Positions 23,701-38,700 of a stretch of 64,000 bases of DNA are shown piece after piece (the stretch's first letter is position 1; the number at the start of each line of letters is the position of its first letter). A program made the position numbers and the translations under genes. Source of the DNA: Eledone cirrhosa (taxonomy: Eukaryota); assembly GCA_964016885.1 (NCBI GenBank), contig OZ024741.1, positions 195,176,001 to 195,240,000 on the forward strand. Reading direction: 5' to 3'. A model generated the notes under the pieces. The model worked only from the letters and a program-made list of their open reading frames with translations. It searched no databases and was not told where the DNA came from.

Positions 23701-26700
23701 TTATTGATGTTGTTGCTATTGCTGCTGTTGTTGTTGTAGTTGTTGTTATAGCTGTGGCTGTTCTTGTTGACGTTGTTGGTATTGCTGCTGTTGTTGTTAT
23801 AGTTGTTGTTATAGCTGTGGCTGTTCTTATTGATGTTGTTGCTATTGCTGCTGTTGTTGTTATAGTTGTTGTTATAGCTGTGGCTGTTCTTGTTGCTGCT
23901 GTTGCTATTGCTGCTTTTGTGTTATATTTGTTGTTATAGCTGTGGCTGTTCTTATTGATTCTGTTGCTATTGCTGCTGTTGTTGTTATAGTTGTTGTTAT
24001 AGCTGTGCCTGTTCTTATTGATGTTGTTGCTATTGCGGCTGTGTTGTTATAATTGTTGTTATAGCTGTGGCTGTTACTATTGATGCTGTTGTTGTTATTG
24101 TTGTTGTTATAGCTGTGGCTGTTCTTATTGCTGCTGTTGCTATTGCTGCTGTTTTTGTTATAATTGTTGTTATAGCTGTGGCTGTTCTTCTTGCTGCTGT
24201 TGCTATTGCTGCTGTTGTTGTTATAGTTGTTGTTATAGCTGTGGCTGTTCTTATTGATGCTGTTGCTATTGCTGCTGTTGTTGTTATAGTTGTTGTTATA
24301 GCTGTGGCTGTTCTTATTGATGCTGTTACTATTGCTGCTGTTGATGTTATAGTTGTTGTTATAACTGTGGCTGTTCTTATTGATGTTGTTGCTATTGCTG
24401 CTGTTCTTGTTATAGTTGTTGTTATAGCTATGGCTGTTCTTGTTGATGCTGTTGCTATTGCTGCTGTTGTGTTATAGTTGTTGATATAGCTGTGACTGTT
24501 CGTATTGATGTTGTTGCTATTGCTGCTATTGTTGTTATAGTTTTTGTCATATCTGTGGCTGTTCTTATTGCTGCCGTTGCTAATGCTGTTGTTGTTGTTA
24601 TAGTTGTTATTATAGCTGTGGCTGTTCTTATTGCTGCCGTTGCTATTGCTGCTGTTGTTGTTTTAGTTGTTGTTATAGCTGTGGCTGTTCTTATTGATGC
24701 TGTTGGTATTGCTGCTGTTCTTGTTATAGTTGTTGTTATAGCTGTGGCTGTTCTTATTGATGCTGTTGCTATTGCTGCTGTTGTTGTTATAGTTGTTGTT
24801 ATAGCTGTGTCTGTTCTTGTTGATGTTGTTGCTATTGCTACTGTTGTTGTTATAGCTGTGGCTGTTCTTTTTGATGTTGTTGCTATTGCTGCTGTTGTTG
24901 TTATAGTTGTTGTTATAGCTCTGGCTGTTCTTATTGATGTTGTTGTTATTGCTGCTGTTGCTGTTATAACTGTGGCTGTTCTTATTGATGTTGTTGCTAT
25001 TGCTGCTGTTGCTGTTATAGTTGTTGTTATAACTGTGGCTGTTCTTATTGATGGTATGGTATTGCTGCTGTTGTTGTTATAGTTGTTGTTATAGCTGTGG
25101 CTGTTCTTATTGATGTTGTTGCTATTGCTGCTGTTGTGTTATAGTTGTTGTTATAGCTGTGGCTGCTCTTATTGATGCTGTTGCTTTTGCTGCTGTTGTT
25201 GTTGTTGTTGTTGTTATAGCTGTGGCTGTTCTTATTGATGTTGTTGCTATTGCTGCTGTTGTGTTATAGCTGTGGCTGTTCTTATTGATGTTGTTGCTAT
25301 TGCTGCTGGTGTGTTATAGTTGTTGTTATAACTGTGGCTGTTCTTATTGATGCTGTTGCTATTGCTGCTGTTGTTGTTATAGTTGTTGTTATAGCTGTGG
25401 CTGTTCTTATTGATGCTGTTGCTATAGCTGCTGTTGTTGTTATAGTTTTTGTTATAGCTGTGGTTGTTCTTATTGATGCAGTTGCTATTGCTGCTGCTGC
25501 TGTTGTTGTTGTTGTTGTTGTTATAGCTGTGGCTGTTCTTATTGATGTTGTCGCTATTGCTGCTGATGTTGTTACAGTTGTTGTTATCGCTGTGGCTGTT
25601 CTTGTTGATGCTGTTGCTATTGCTGCTGTTGTTGTTATAGTTGTTGTTATAGCTGTGGCTGTTCTTATTGATATTGTTGCTATTGCTGCTGTTGTTGTTA
25701 TAGTTGTTGTTATAGCTGTGGCTGTTCTTATTGATGCTGTTGCTACTGCTGCTGTTGTTGGTATAGTTGTTGTTATAGCTGTGGCTGTTCTTATTGATGA
25801 TGTTGCTATTGCTGCTGTTGTTGTTATAGTTGTTGTTATAGCTGTGGCTGTTCTTATTGATGTTGTCGCTATTGCTGCTGTTGTTGTTACTGTTGTTGTT
25901 ATAGCTGTGGCTGTTCTTATTGATGTTGTTGCTATTGCTGCTGCTGTTGTTATAGCTGTTGTTATAGCTGTGGCTGTTCTTATTGATGTTGTTGCTATTG
26001 CTGCTGTTGTTGTTATAGTTGTTGTTATAGCTGTGGCTGTTCTTATTGCTGCTATTTTTGTTATAATTGTTGTTATAGCTGTGGCTGTACTTATTGATGT
26101 TGTTGCTATTGCTGCTGTTGTTGTTATAGTTGTTGTTATAGCTGTGGCTGTTCTTATTGATGTTGTTGCTATTGCTGCTGTGTTGTTATAGTTGTTGTTA
26201 TAGCTGTGGCTGTTGTTATTGATGCTGTTGCTATTGCTGCTGTTGATGTTATAGTTGTTGTTATAACTGTGGCTGTTCTTATTGATATTGTTGCTATTGC
26301 TGCTGTTCTTGTTATAGTTGTTATAGCTGTGGCTGTTCTTATTGATGTTGTTGTTATTGCTGATGTTGTTGTTATAATTGTTGGTATAGCTGTGGCTGTT
26401 ACTATTGATGCTGTTGTGGTTATTGTTGTTGTTATAGCTGTGGCTGTTCTTATTGCTGCTGTTGCTATTGCTGCTGTTGTTGTTATAATTGTTGTTATAG
26501 CTGTGGCTGTTCTTATTGCTGCTGTTGCTATTGCTGCTGTTGTTGTTATAGTTGTTGTTATAGCTGTGGCTCTTCTTATTGATGCTGTTGCTATTGCTGC
26601 TGTTGTTGTTATAGTTGTTGTTATAGCTGTGGCTGTTGTTATTGATGCTGTTGCTATTGCTGCTGTTGATGTTATAGTTGTTGTTATAACTGTGGCTGTT

Positions 26701-29700
26701 CTTATTGATGTTGTTGCTATTGCTGCTGTTCTTGTTATAGTTGTTATAGCTGTGGCTGTTCTTATTGATGTTGTTGTTATTACTGATGTTGTTGTTATAG
26801 TTGTTGTTATAGCTGTGGCTGTTCTTATTGATGTTGTTGCTATTGCTGCTGTTGTTATAGTTGTTGTTATAGCTGTGGCTGTTCTTATTTATGTTGTTGC
26901 TATTGCTGCTGTTCTTGTTATAGTTGTTGTTATAGCTGTGGCTGTTCTTGTTGATGCTGTTGCTATTGCTGCTGTTGTGTTATAGTTGTTGATATAGCTG
27001 TGGCTGTTCGTATTGATGTTGTTGCTATTGCTGCTGTTGTTGTTATAGTTGTTGTTATAGCTGTGGCTGTTCTTATTGCTACCGTTGTTATTGCTGCTGT
27101 TGTTGTTATAGTTGTTGTTATAGCTGTGGCTGTTCTTATTGATGCTGTTGGTATTGCTGCTGTTGTTGTTATAGTTGTTGTTATAGCTGTGGCTGTTCTT
27201 ATTGATGCTGTTGCTATTGCTGCTGTTGTTGTTATAGTTGTTGTTATAGCTGTGTCTGTTCTTGTTGATGTTGTTGCTATTGCTGCTGTTGTTGTTATAG
27301 CTGTGGCTGTTCTTATTGATGTTGTTGCTATTGCTGCTGTTGTTGTTATAGTTGTTGTTATAGCTCTGGCTGTTCTTATTGTTGTTGTTGCTATTGCTGC
27401 TGTTGCTGTTATAACTGTGGCTGTTCTTATTGATGGTGTTGCTATTGCTGCTGTTGTTGTTATAGTTGTTGTTATAGCTGTGGCTGTTCTTATTGATGTT
27501 GTTGCTATTGCTGCTGTTGTTTTTAATGTTGTTGTTATAGCTGTGGCTGTTCTTAATGATGTTGTTGCTATTGCTGCTGTTGTGTTATAGTTGTTGTTAT
27601 AGCTGTGGCTGCTCTTATTGATGCTGTTGCTATTGCTGCTGTTGTTGTTGTTGTTTTTGTTGTTGTTATAGCTGTGGCTGTTCTTATTGTGGTGTTTCTA
27701 TTGCTGCTGTTGTTGTTATAGTTGTTGTTAGAGCTGTGGCTGTTCTTGTTGATGTTGTTGCTATTGCTGCTGTTGTTGTTATAGTTGTTGTTATAGCTCT
27801 GGCTGTTCTTATTGATGTTGTTGTTATTGCTGCTGTTGCTGTTATAACTGTGGCTGTTCTTATTGATGTTGTTGCTATTGCTGCTGTTGTTGTTATAGTT
27901 GTTGTTATAGCTGTGGCTGTTCTTATTGCTGTTGTTGCTATTGCTGCTGTTGTTGTTATAGTTGTTGTTATGGCTGTGGCTGTTCTTATTGCTGTCGTTG
28001 CTATTGCTGCTGTTGTTGTTATAGTTGTTGTTATAGCTGAGGCTGTTCTTATTGACGCTGTTGCTATTGCTGCTGTTGTCGTTATAGTTGTTGTTATAGC
28101 TGTGGCTGTTCTTATTGATGCTGTTGCTATTGCTGCTGTTGTCGTTATAGTTGTTGTTATAGCTGTGGCTGTTCTTATTGATGGTGTTGCTATTGCTGCT
28201 GTTCTTGTTATAGTTGTTGTTATAGCTATGGCTGTTCTTATTGCTGCTGTTGCATATTGCTGCTGTTGTTGTTATAGTTGTTGTTATAGCTATGGCTGTT
28301 CTTATTGATGTTGTTGCTATTGCTGCTGTTGTTGTTATAGTTGTTGTTATAGCTGTGGCTGTTCTTATTGATGCTGTTGCTATTGCTGCTGTTGTTGTTA
28401 TAGCTGTGGCTGTTCTTATTGATGCTGTTGCTATTGCTGCTGTTGTTGTTATAGCTGTGGCTGTTCTTATTGAAGCTGTTGCTATTGCTGCTGCTGTTGT
28501 TATAGTTGTTGTTATAGCTGTGGATGTTCTTATTGATGCTGTTGCTATTGTTGCTGTTGTTGTTATAGTTGTTGTTATAGCTGTGGCTGTTCTTATTGAT
28601 GTTGTTGCTATTGCTACTGTTGTTGTTATAGTTGTTATTATAGTTGTTGTTATAGCTGTGGCTGTTCTTATTGATGTTGTTGCTATTGCTGCTGTTGTTG
28701 TTATAGTTGTTGTTATAGCTGTGGCTGTTCTTATTGACGCTGTTGCTATTGCTGCTGCTGTTGTTGTTATAGTTGTTGTTATAGCTGTGGCTGTTCATAT
28801 TAATGTTGTTGCTGTTGCTGCTGTTGTTGTTATAGTTGTTGTTATAGCTGTGGCTGTTCTTATTGATGTTGTTGCTATTGCTGCTGTTGTTGTTATAGTT
28901 GTTGTTATAGCTGTGGATGTTCTTATTGATGTTGTTGCTATTGCTGCTGTTGTTGTTATAGTTGTTGTTATAGCTGTGGCCGTTCTTATTGATGCTGTTG
29001 CTATTGCTGCTGCTGTTGTTAAAGTTGTTGTTATAGCTGCGGCTGTTCTTATTGATGTTGTTGCTATTGCTGCTGTTGTTGTTATAGTTGTTGTTATAGC
29101 TGTGGCTGTTCTTATTGATGTTGTTGCTATTGCTGCTGTTGTTGTTATAGTTGTTGTTATAGCTGTGGCTGTTCTTATTGATGTTGTTGCTATTGACGCT
29201 GTTGTTGTTATAGTTGTTCTTATAGCTGTGGTTGTTCTTATTGATGTTGTTGCTATTGCTGTTGTTGTTGTTATAGTTGTTGTTATAGCTGTGGCTGTTC
29301 TTATTGATGCTGTTGCTATTGCTGCTGCTGTTGTTGTTATAGTTGTTGTTATAGCTGTGGTTGTTCTTATTGATGTTATTGCTATTGCTGCTGTTGTTGT
29401 TATAGTTGTTGTTATAGATGTGGCTGTTCTTATTGATGCTGTTGCTATTGCTGCTGCTGTTGTTGTTATAGTTGTTGTTATAGCTGTGGCTGTTCTTATT
29501 GATGTTGTTATTATTGCTGCTGTTGTTGTTATAGTTGTTGTTATAGCTGTGGCTGTTCTTATTGATGTTGTTGCTATTGCTGCTGTGGTTGTTAAAGTTG
29601 TTGTTATAGCTGTGGATGTTCTTATTGATGCTGTTGCTATTGCTGCTGTTGTTGTTATAGTTGTTGTTATAGCTGTGGTTGTTCTTATTGCTGTTGCTGC

Positions 29701-32700
29701 TATTGCTGCTGTTGTTGTTATAGTTGTTGTTATAGCTGTGGCTGTTCTTATTGACGCTGTTGCTAATGCTGCTGTTGTCGTTATAGTTGTTGTTATAGCT
29801 GTGGCTGTTCTTATTGATGCTGTTGCTATTGCTGTTGTTGTTGTTATAGTTGTTGTTATAGCTGTGGCTGTTCTTATTGATGCTGTTGCTATTGCTGCTG
29901 TTCTTGTTATAGTTGCTGTTATAGCTGTGGCTGTTCTTATTGCTGGTGTTGCATATTGCTACTGTTGTTGTTATAGTTGTTGTTATAGCTATGGCTGTTC
30001 TTATTGATGCTGTTGCTATTGCTGCTGTTGTTGTTATAGTTGTTGTTATAGCTGTGGCTGTTCTTATTGCTGTTGTTGCTATTGCTGCTGTTGTTGTTAT
30101 AGTTGTTGTTATAGCTGTGGCTGTTCTTATTGATGTTGTTGCTATTGCTGCTGTTGTTGTTATAGTTGTTGTTATAGCTGTGGTTGTTCTTATTGATGTG
30201 TTGTTATTGCTGCTGTTGTTGTTATAGTTGTTGTTATAGCTGTGGCTGTTCATATTGATGCTGTTGCTATTGCTGCTGTTGTTGTTATAGTTGTTGTTAT
30301 AGCTGTGGCTGTTCTTATTGCTGTTGTTGCTATTGCTGCTGTTGTTGTTAAAGTTGTTGTTATGGCTGTGGCTGTTCTTATTGCTGTCGTTGCTATTGCT
30401 GCTGTTGTTGTTATAGTTGTTGTTATAGCTGTGGCTGTTCTTATTGACGCAGTTGCTATTGCTGCTGTTGTCGTTATAGTTGTTGTTATAGCTGTGGCTG
30501 TTCTTAATGAAGCTGTTGCTATTGCTGCTGCTGTTGTTATAGTTGTTGTTATAGCTGTGGCTGTTCTTATTGATGTTGTTGCTATTGCTACTGTTGTTGT
30601 TATAGTTGTTATTATAGTTGTTGTTATAGCTGTGGCTGTTTTTATTGATGTTGTTGCTATTGCTGCTGTTGTTGTTATAGTTGTTGTTATAGCTGTGGCT
30701 GTTCTTATTGATGCTGTTGCTATTGCTGCTGCTGTTGTTGTTATAGTTGTTGTTATAGCTGTGGCTGTTCTTATTGATGTTGTTGCTGTTGCTGCTGTTG
30801 TTGTTATAGTTGTTGTTATAGCTGTGGCTGTTCTTATTGATGTTGTTGCTATTGCTGCTGTTGTTGTTATAGTTGTTGTTATAGCTGTGGCTGTTCTTAT
30901 TGATGTTGTTGCTATTGCTACTGTTGTTGTTATAGTTGTTGTTATAGTTGTTGTTATAGCTGTGGCCGTTCTTATTGATGCTGTTGCTATTGCTGCTGCT
31001 GTTGTTAAAGTTGTTGTTATAGCTGCGGCTGTTCTTATTGATGTTGTTGCTATTGCTGCTGTTGTTGTTATAGTTGTTGTTATAGCTGTGGCTGTTCTTA
31101 TTGATGTTGTTGCTATTGCTGCTGTTGTTGTTATAGTTGTTGTTATAGCTGTGGCTGTTCTTATTGATGTTGTTGCTATTGACGCTGTTGTTGTTATAGT
31201 TGTTCTTATAGCTGTGGTTGTTCTTATTGATGTTGTTGCTATTGCTGTTGTTGTTGTTATAGTTGTTGTTATAGCTGTGGCTGTTCTTATTGATGCTGTT
31301 GCTATTGCTGCTGCTGTTATTGTTATAGTTGTTGTTATAGCTGTGGTAGTTCTTATTGATGTTATTGCTATTGCTGCTGTTGTTGTTATAGTTGTTGTTA
31401 TAGATGTGGCTGTTCTTATTGATGCTGTTGCTATTGCTGCTGCTGTTGTTATTATAGTTGTTGTTATAGCTGTGGCTGTTCTTATTGATGTTGTTATTAT
31501 TGCTGCTGTTGTTGTTATAGTTGTTGTTATAGCTGTGGCTGTTCTTATTGATGTTGTTGCTATTGCTGCTGTGGTTGTTAAAGTTGTTGTTATAGCTGTG
31601 GATGTTCTTATTGATGCTGTTGCTATTGCTGCTGTTGTTGTTATAGTTGTTGTTATAGCTGTGGTTGTTCTTATTGCTGTTGTTGCTATTGCTGCTGTTG
31701 TTGTTATAGTTGTTGTTATAGCTGTGGCTGTTCTTATTGACGCTGTTGCTATTGCTGCTGTTGTCGTTATAGTTGTTGTTATAGCTGTGGCTGTTCTTAT
31801 TGATGCTGTTGCTATTGCTGCTGTTGTTGTTATAGTTGTTGTTATAGCTGTGGCTGTTCTTATTGATGCTGTTGCTATTGCTGCTGTTCTTGTTATAGTT
31901 GTTGTTATAGCTATGGCTGTTCTTATTGCTGCTGTTGCATATTGCTACTGTTGTTGTTATAGTTGTTGTTATAGCTATGGCTGTTCTTATTGATGCTGTT
32001 GCTATTGCTGCTGTTGTTGTTATAGTTGTTGTTATAGCTGTGGCTGTTCTTATTGCTGTTGTTGCTATTGCTGCTGTTGTTGTTATAGTTGTTGTTATAG
32101 CTGTGGCTGTTCTTATTGATGTTGTTGCTATTGCTGCTGTGTTGTTATAGTTGTTGTTATAGCTGTGGCTGTTGTTATTGATGCTGTTGCTATTGCTGCT
32201 GTTGATGTTATAGTTGTTGTTATAACTGTGGCTGTTCTTATTGATATTGTTGCTATTGCTGCTGTTCTTGTTATAGTTGTTATAGCTGTGGCTGTTCTTA
32301 TTGATGTTGTTGTTATTGCTGATGTTGTTGTTATAATTGTTGGTATAGCTGTGGCTGTTACTATTGATGCTGTTGTGGTTATTGTTGTTGTTATAGCTGT
32401 GGCTGTTCTTATTGCTGCTGTTGCTATTGCTGCTGTTGTTGTTATAATTGTTGTTATAGCTGTGGCTGTTCTTATTGCTGCTGTTGCTATTGCTGCTGTT
32501 GTTGTTATAGTTGTTGTTATAGCTGTGGCTCTTCTTATTGATGCTGTTGCTATTGCTGCTGTTGTTGTTATAGTTGTTGTTATAGCTGTGGCTGTTGTTA
32601 TTGATGCTGTTGCTATTGCTGCTGTTGATGTTATAGTTGTTGTTATAACTGTGGCTGTTCTTATTGATGTTGTTGCTATTGCTGCTGTTCTTGTTATAGT

Positions 32701-35700
32701 TGTTATAGCTGTGGCTGTTCTTATTGATGTTGTTGTTATTACTGATGTTGTTGTTATAGTTGTTGTTATAGCTGTGGCTGTTCTTATTGATGTTGTTGCT
32801 ATTGCTGCTGTTGTTATAGTTGTTGTTATAGCTGTGGCTGTTCTTATTTATGTTGTTGCTATTGCTGCTGTTCTTGTTATAGTTGTTGTTATAGCTGTGG
32901 CTGTTCTTGTTGATGCTGTTGCTATTGCTGCTGTTGTGTTATAGTTGTTGATATAGCTGTGGCTGTTCGTATTGATGTTGTTGCTATTGCTGCTGTTGTT
33001 GTTATAGTTGTTGTTATAGCTGTGGCTGTTCTTATTGCTACCGTTGTTATTGCTGCTGTTGTTGTTATAGTTGTTGTTATAGCTGTGGCTGTTCTTATTG
33101 ATGCTGTTGGTATTGCTGCTGTTGTTGTTATAGTTGTTGTTATAGCTGTGGCTGTTCTTATTGATGCTGTTGCTATTGCTGCTGTTGTTGTTATAGTTGT
33201 TGTTATAGCTGTGTCTGTTCTTGTTGACGTTGTTGCTATTGCTGCTGTTGTTGTTATAGCTGTGGCTGTTCTTATTGATGTTGTTGCTATTGCTGCTGTT
33301 GTTGTTATAGTTGTTGTTATAGCTCTGGCTGTTCTTATTGTTGTTGTTGCTATTGCTGCTGTTGCTGTTATAACTGTGGCTGTTCTTATTGATGGTGTTG
33401 CTATTGCTGCTGTTGTTGTTATAGTTGTTGTTATAGCTGTGGCTGTTCTTATTGATGTTGTTGCTATTGCTGCTGTTGTTTTTAATGTTGTTGTTATAGC
33501 TGTGGCTGTTCTTAATGATGTTGTTGCTATTGCTGCTGTTGTGTTATAGTTGTTGTTATAGCTGTGGCTGCTCTTATTGATGCTGTTGCTATTGCTGCTG
33601 TTGTTGTTGTTGTTTTTGTTGTTGTTATAGCTGTGGCTGTTCTTATTGTGGTGTTTCTATTGCTGCTGTTGTTGTTATAGTTGTTGTTAGAGCTGTGGCT
33701 GTTCTTGTTGATGTTGTTGCTATTGCTGCTGTTGTTGTTATAGTTGTTGTTATAGCTCTGGCTGTTCTTATTGATGTTGTTGTTATTGCTGCTGTTGCTG
33801 TTATAACTGTGGCTGTTCTTATTGATGTTGTTGCTATTGCTGCTGTTGTTGTTATAGTTGTTGTTATAGCTGTGGCTGTTCTTATTGCTGTTGTTGCTAT
33901 TGCTGCTGTTGTTGTTATAGTTGTTGTTATGGCTGTGGCTGTTCTTATTGCTGTCGTTGCTATTGCTGCTGTTGTTGTTATAGTTGTTGTTATAGCTGAG
34001 GCTGTTCTTATTGACGCTGTTGCTATTGCTGCTGTTGTCGTTATAGTTGTTGTTATAGCTGTGGCTGTTCTTATTGATGCTGTTGCTATTGCTGCTGTTG
34101 TCGTTATAGTTGTTGTTATAGCTGTGGCTGTTCTTATTGATGGTGTTGCTATTGCTGCTGTTCTTGTTATAGTTGTTGTTATAGCTATGGCTGTTCTTAT
34201 TGCTGCTGTTGCATATTGCTGCTGTTGTTGTTATAGTTGTTGTTATAGCTATGGCTGTTCTTATTGATGTTGTTGCTATTGCTGCTGTTGTTGTTATAGT
34301 TGTTGTTATAGCTGTGGCTGTTCTTATTGATGCTGTTGCTATTGCTGCTGTTGTTGTTATAGCTGTGGCTGTTCTTATTGATGCTGTTGCTATTGCTGCT
34401 GTTGTTGTTATAGCTGTGGCTGTTCTTATTGAAGCTGTTGCTATTGCTGCTGCTGTTGTTATAGTTGTTGTTATAGCTGTGGATGTTCTTATTGATGCTG
34501 TTGCTATTGTTGCTGTTGTTGTTATAGTTGTTGTTATAGCTGTGGCTGTTCTTATTGATGTTGTTGCTATTGCTACTGTTGTTGTTATAGTTGTTATTAT
34601 AGTTGTTGTTATAGCTGTGGCTGTTCTTATTGATGTTGTTGCTATTGCTGCTGTTGTTGTTATAGTTGTTGTTATAGCTGTGGCTGTTCTTATTGACGCT
34701 GTTGCTATTGCTGCTGCTGTTGTTGTTATAGTTGTTGTTATAGCTGTGGCTGTTCATATTAATGTTGTTGCTGTTGCTGCTGTTGTTGTTATAGTTGTTG
34801 TTATAGCTGTGGCTGTTCTTATTGATGTTGTTGCTATTGCTGCTGTTGTTGTTATAGTTGTTGTTATAGCTGTGGATGTTCTTATTGATGTTGTTGCTAT
34901 TGCTGCTGTTGTTGTTATAGTTGTTGTTATAGCTGTGGCCGTTCTTATTGATGCTGTTGCTATTGCTGCTGCTGTTGTTAAAGTTGTTGTTATAGCTGCG
35001 GCTGTTCTTATTGATGTTGTTGCTATTGCTGCTGTTGTTGTTATAGTTGTTGTTATAGCTGTGGCTGTTCTTATTGATGTTGTTGCTATTGCTGCTGTTG
35101 TTGTTATAGTTGTTGTTATAGCTGTGGCTGTTCTTATTGATGTTGTTGCTATTGACGCTGTTGTTGTTATAGTTGTTCTTATAGCTGTGGTTGTTCTTAT
35201 TGATGTTGTTGCTATTGCTGTTGTTGTTGTTATAGTTGTTGTTATAGCTGTGGCTGTTCTTATTGATGCTGTTGCTATTGCTGCTGCTGTTGTTGTTATA
35301 GTTGTTGTTATAGCTGTGGTTGTTCTTATTGATGTTATTGCTATTGCTGCTGTTGTTGTTATAGTTGTTGTTATAGATGTGGCTGTTCTTATTGATGCTG
35401 TTGCTATTGCTGCTGCTGTTGTTGTTATAGTTGTTGTTATAGCTGTGGCTGTTCTTATTGATGTTGTTATTATTGCTGCTGTTGTTGTTATAGTTGTTGT
35501 TATAGCTGTGGCTGTTCTTATTGATGTTGTTGCTATTGCTGCTGTGGTTGTTAAAGTTGTTGTTATAGCTGTGGATGTTCTTATTGATGCTGTTGCTATT
35601 GCTGCTGTTGTTGTTATAGTTGTTGTTATAGCTGTGGTTGTTCTTATTGCTGTTGCTGCTATTGCTGCTGTTGTTGTTATAGTTGTTGTTATAGCTGTGG

Positions 35701-38700
35701 CTGTTCTTATTGACGCTGTTGCTAATGCTGCTGTTGTCGTTATAGTTGTTGTTATAGCTGTGGCTGTTCTTATTGATGCTGTTGCTATTGCTGTTGTTGT
35801 TGTTATAGTTGTTGTTATAGCTGTGGCTGTTCTTATTGATGCTGTTGCTATTGCTGCTGTTCTTGTTATAGTTGCTGTTATAGCTGTGGCTGTTCTTATT
35901 GCTGGTGTTGCATATTGCTACTGTTGTTGTTATAGTTGTTGTTATAGCTATGGCTGTTCTTATTGATGCTGTTGCTATTGCTGCTGTTGTTGTTATAGTT
36001 GTTGTTATAGCTGTGGCTGTTCTTATTGCTGTTGTTGCTATTGCTGCTGTTGTTGTTATAGTTGTTGTTATAGCTGTGGCTGTTCTTATTGATGTTGTTG
36101 CTATTGCTGCTGTTGTTGTTATAGTTGTTGTTATAGCTGTGGTTGTTCTTATTGATGTGTTGTTATTGCTGCTGTTGTTGTTATAGTTGTTGTTATAGCT
36201 GTGGCTGTTCATATTGATGCTGTTGCTATTGCTGCTGTTGTTGTTATAGTTGTTGTTATAGCTGTGGCTGTTCTTATTGCTGTTGTTGCTATTGCTGCTG
36301 TTGTTGTTAAAGTTGTTGTTATGGCTGTGGCTGTTCTTATTGCTGTCGTTGCTATTGCTGCTGTTGTTGTTATAGTTGTTGTTATAGCTGTGGCTGTTCT
36401 TATTGACGCAGTTGCTATTGCTGCTGTTGTCGTTATAGTTGTTGTTATAGCTGTGGCTGTTCTTAATGAAGCTGTTGCTATTGCTGCTGCTGTTGTTATA
36501 GTTGTTGTTATAGCTGTGGCTGTTCTTATTGATGTTGTTGCTATTGCTACTGTTGTTGTTATAGTTGTTATTATAGTTGTTGTTATAGCTGTGGCTGTTT
36601 TTATTGATGTTGTTGCTATTGCTGCTGTTGTTGTTATAGTTGTTGTTATAGCTGTGGCTGTTCTTATTGATGCTGTTGCTATTGCTGCTGCTGTTGTTGT
36701 TATAGTTGTTGTTATAGCTGTGGCTGTTCTTATTGATGTTGTTGCTGTTGCTGCTGTTGTTGTTATAGTTGTTGTTATAGCTGTGGCTGTTCTTATTGAT
36801 GTTGTTGCTATTGCTGCTGTTGTTGTTATAGTTGTTGTTATAGCTGTGGCTGTTCTTATTGATGTTGTTGCTATTGCTACTGTTGTTGTTATAGTTGTTG
36901 TTATAGTTGTTGTTATAGCTGTGGCCGTTCTTATTGATGCTGTTGCTATTGCTGCTGCTGTTGTTAAAGTTGTTGTTATAGCTGCGGCTGTTCTTATTGA
37001 TGTTGTTGCTATTGCTGCTGTTGTTGTTATAGTTGTTGTTATAGCTGTGGCTGTTCTTATTGATGTTGTTGCTATTGCTGCTGTTGTTGTTATAGTTGTT
37101 GTTATAGCTGTGGCTGTTCTTATTGATGTTGTTGCTATTGACGCTGTTGTTGTTATAGTTGTTCTTATAGCTGTGGTTGTTCTTATTGATGTTGTTGCTA
37201 TTGCTGTTGTTGTTGTTATAGTTGTTGTTATAGCTGTGGCTGTTCTTATTGATGCTGTTGCTATTGCTGCTGCTGTTATTGTTATAGTTGTTGTTATAGC
37301 TGTGGTAGTTCTTATTGATGTTATTGCTATTGCTGCTGTTGTTGTTATAGTTGTTGTTATAGATGTGGCTGTTCTTATTGATGCTGTTGCTATTGCTGCT
37401 GCTGTTGTTATTATAGTTGTTGTTATAGCTGTGGCTGTTCTTATTGATGTTGTTATTATTGCTGCTGTTGTTGTTATAGTTGTTGTTATAGCTGTGGCTG
37501 TTCTTATTGATGTTGTTGCTATTGCTGCTGTGGTTGTTAAAGTTGTTGTTATAGCTGTGGATGTTCTTATTGATGCTGTTGCTATTGCTGCTGTTGTTGT
37601 TATAGTTGTTGTTATAGCTGTGGTTGTTCTTATTGCTGTTGTTGCTATTGCTGCTGTTGTTGTTATAGTTGTTGTTATAGCTGTGGCTGTTCTTATTGAC
37701 GCTGTTGCTATTGCTGCTGTTGTCGTTATAGTTGTTGTTATAGCTGTGGCTGTTCTTATTGATGCTGTTGCTATTGCTGCTGTTGTTGTTATAGTTGTTG
37801 TTATAGCTGTGGCTGTTCTTATTGATGCTGTTGCTATTGCTGCTGTTCTTGTTATAGTTGTTGTTATAGCTATGGCTGTTCTTATTGCTGCTGTTGCATA
37901 TTGCTACTGTTGTTGTTATAGTTGTTGTTATAGCTATGGCTGTTCTTATTGATGCTGTTGCTATTGCTGCTGTTGTTGTTATAGTTGTTGTTATAGCTGT
38001 GGCTGTTCTTATTGCTGTTGTTGCTATTGCTGCTGTTGTTGTTATAGTTGTTGTTATAGCTGTGGCTGTTCTTATTGATGTTGTTGCTATTGCTGCTGTT
38101 GTTGTTATAGTTGTTGTTATAGCTGTGGTTGTTCTTATTGATGTGTTGTTATTGCTGCTGTTGTTGTTATAGTTGTTGTTATAGCTGTGGCTGTTCATAT
38201 TGATGCTGTTGCTATTGCTGCTGTTGTTGTTATAGTTGTTGTTATAGCTGTGGCTGTTCTTATTGCTGTTGTTGCTATTGCTGCTGTTGTTGTTAAAGTT
38301 GTTGTTATGGCTGTGGCTGTTCTTATTGCTGTCGTTGCTATTGCTGCTGTTGTTGTTATAGTTGTTGTTATAGCTGTGGCTGTTCTTATTGACGCAGTTG
38401 CTATTGCTGCTGTTGTCGTTATAGTTGTTGTTATAGCTGTGGCTGTTCTTATTGAAGCTGTTGCTATTGCTGCTGCTGTTGTTATAGTTGTTGTTATAGC
38501 TGTGGATGTTCTTATTGATGCTGTTGCTATTGTTGCTGTTGTTGTTATAGTTGTTGTTATAGCTGTGGCTGTTCTTATTGATGTTGTTGCTATTGCTACT
38601 GTTGTTGTTATAGTTGTTATTATAGTTGTTGTTATAGCTGTGGCTGTTCTTATTGATGTTGTTGCTATTGCTGCTGTTGTCGTTATAGTTGTTGTTATAG

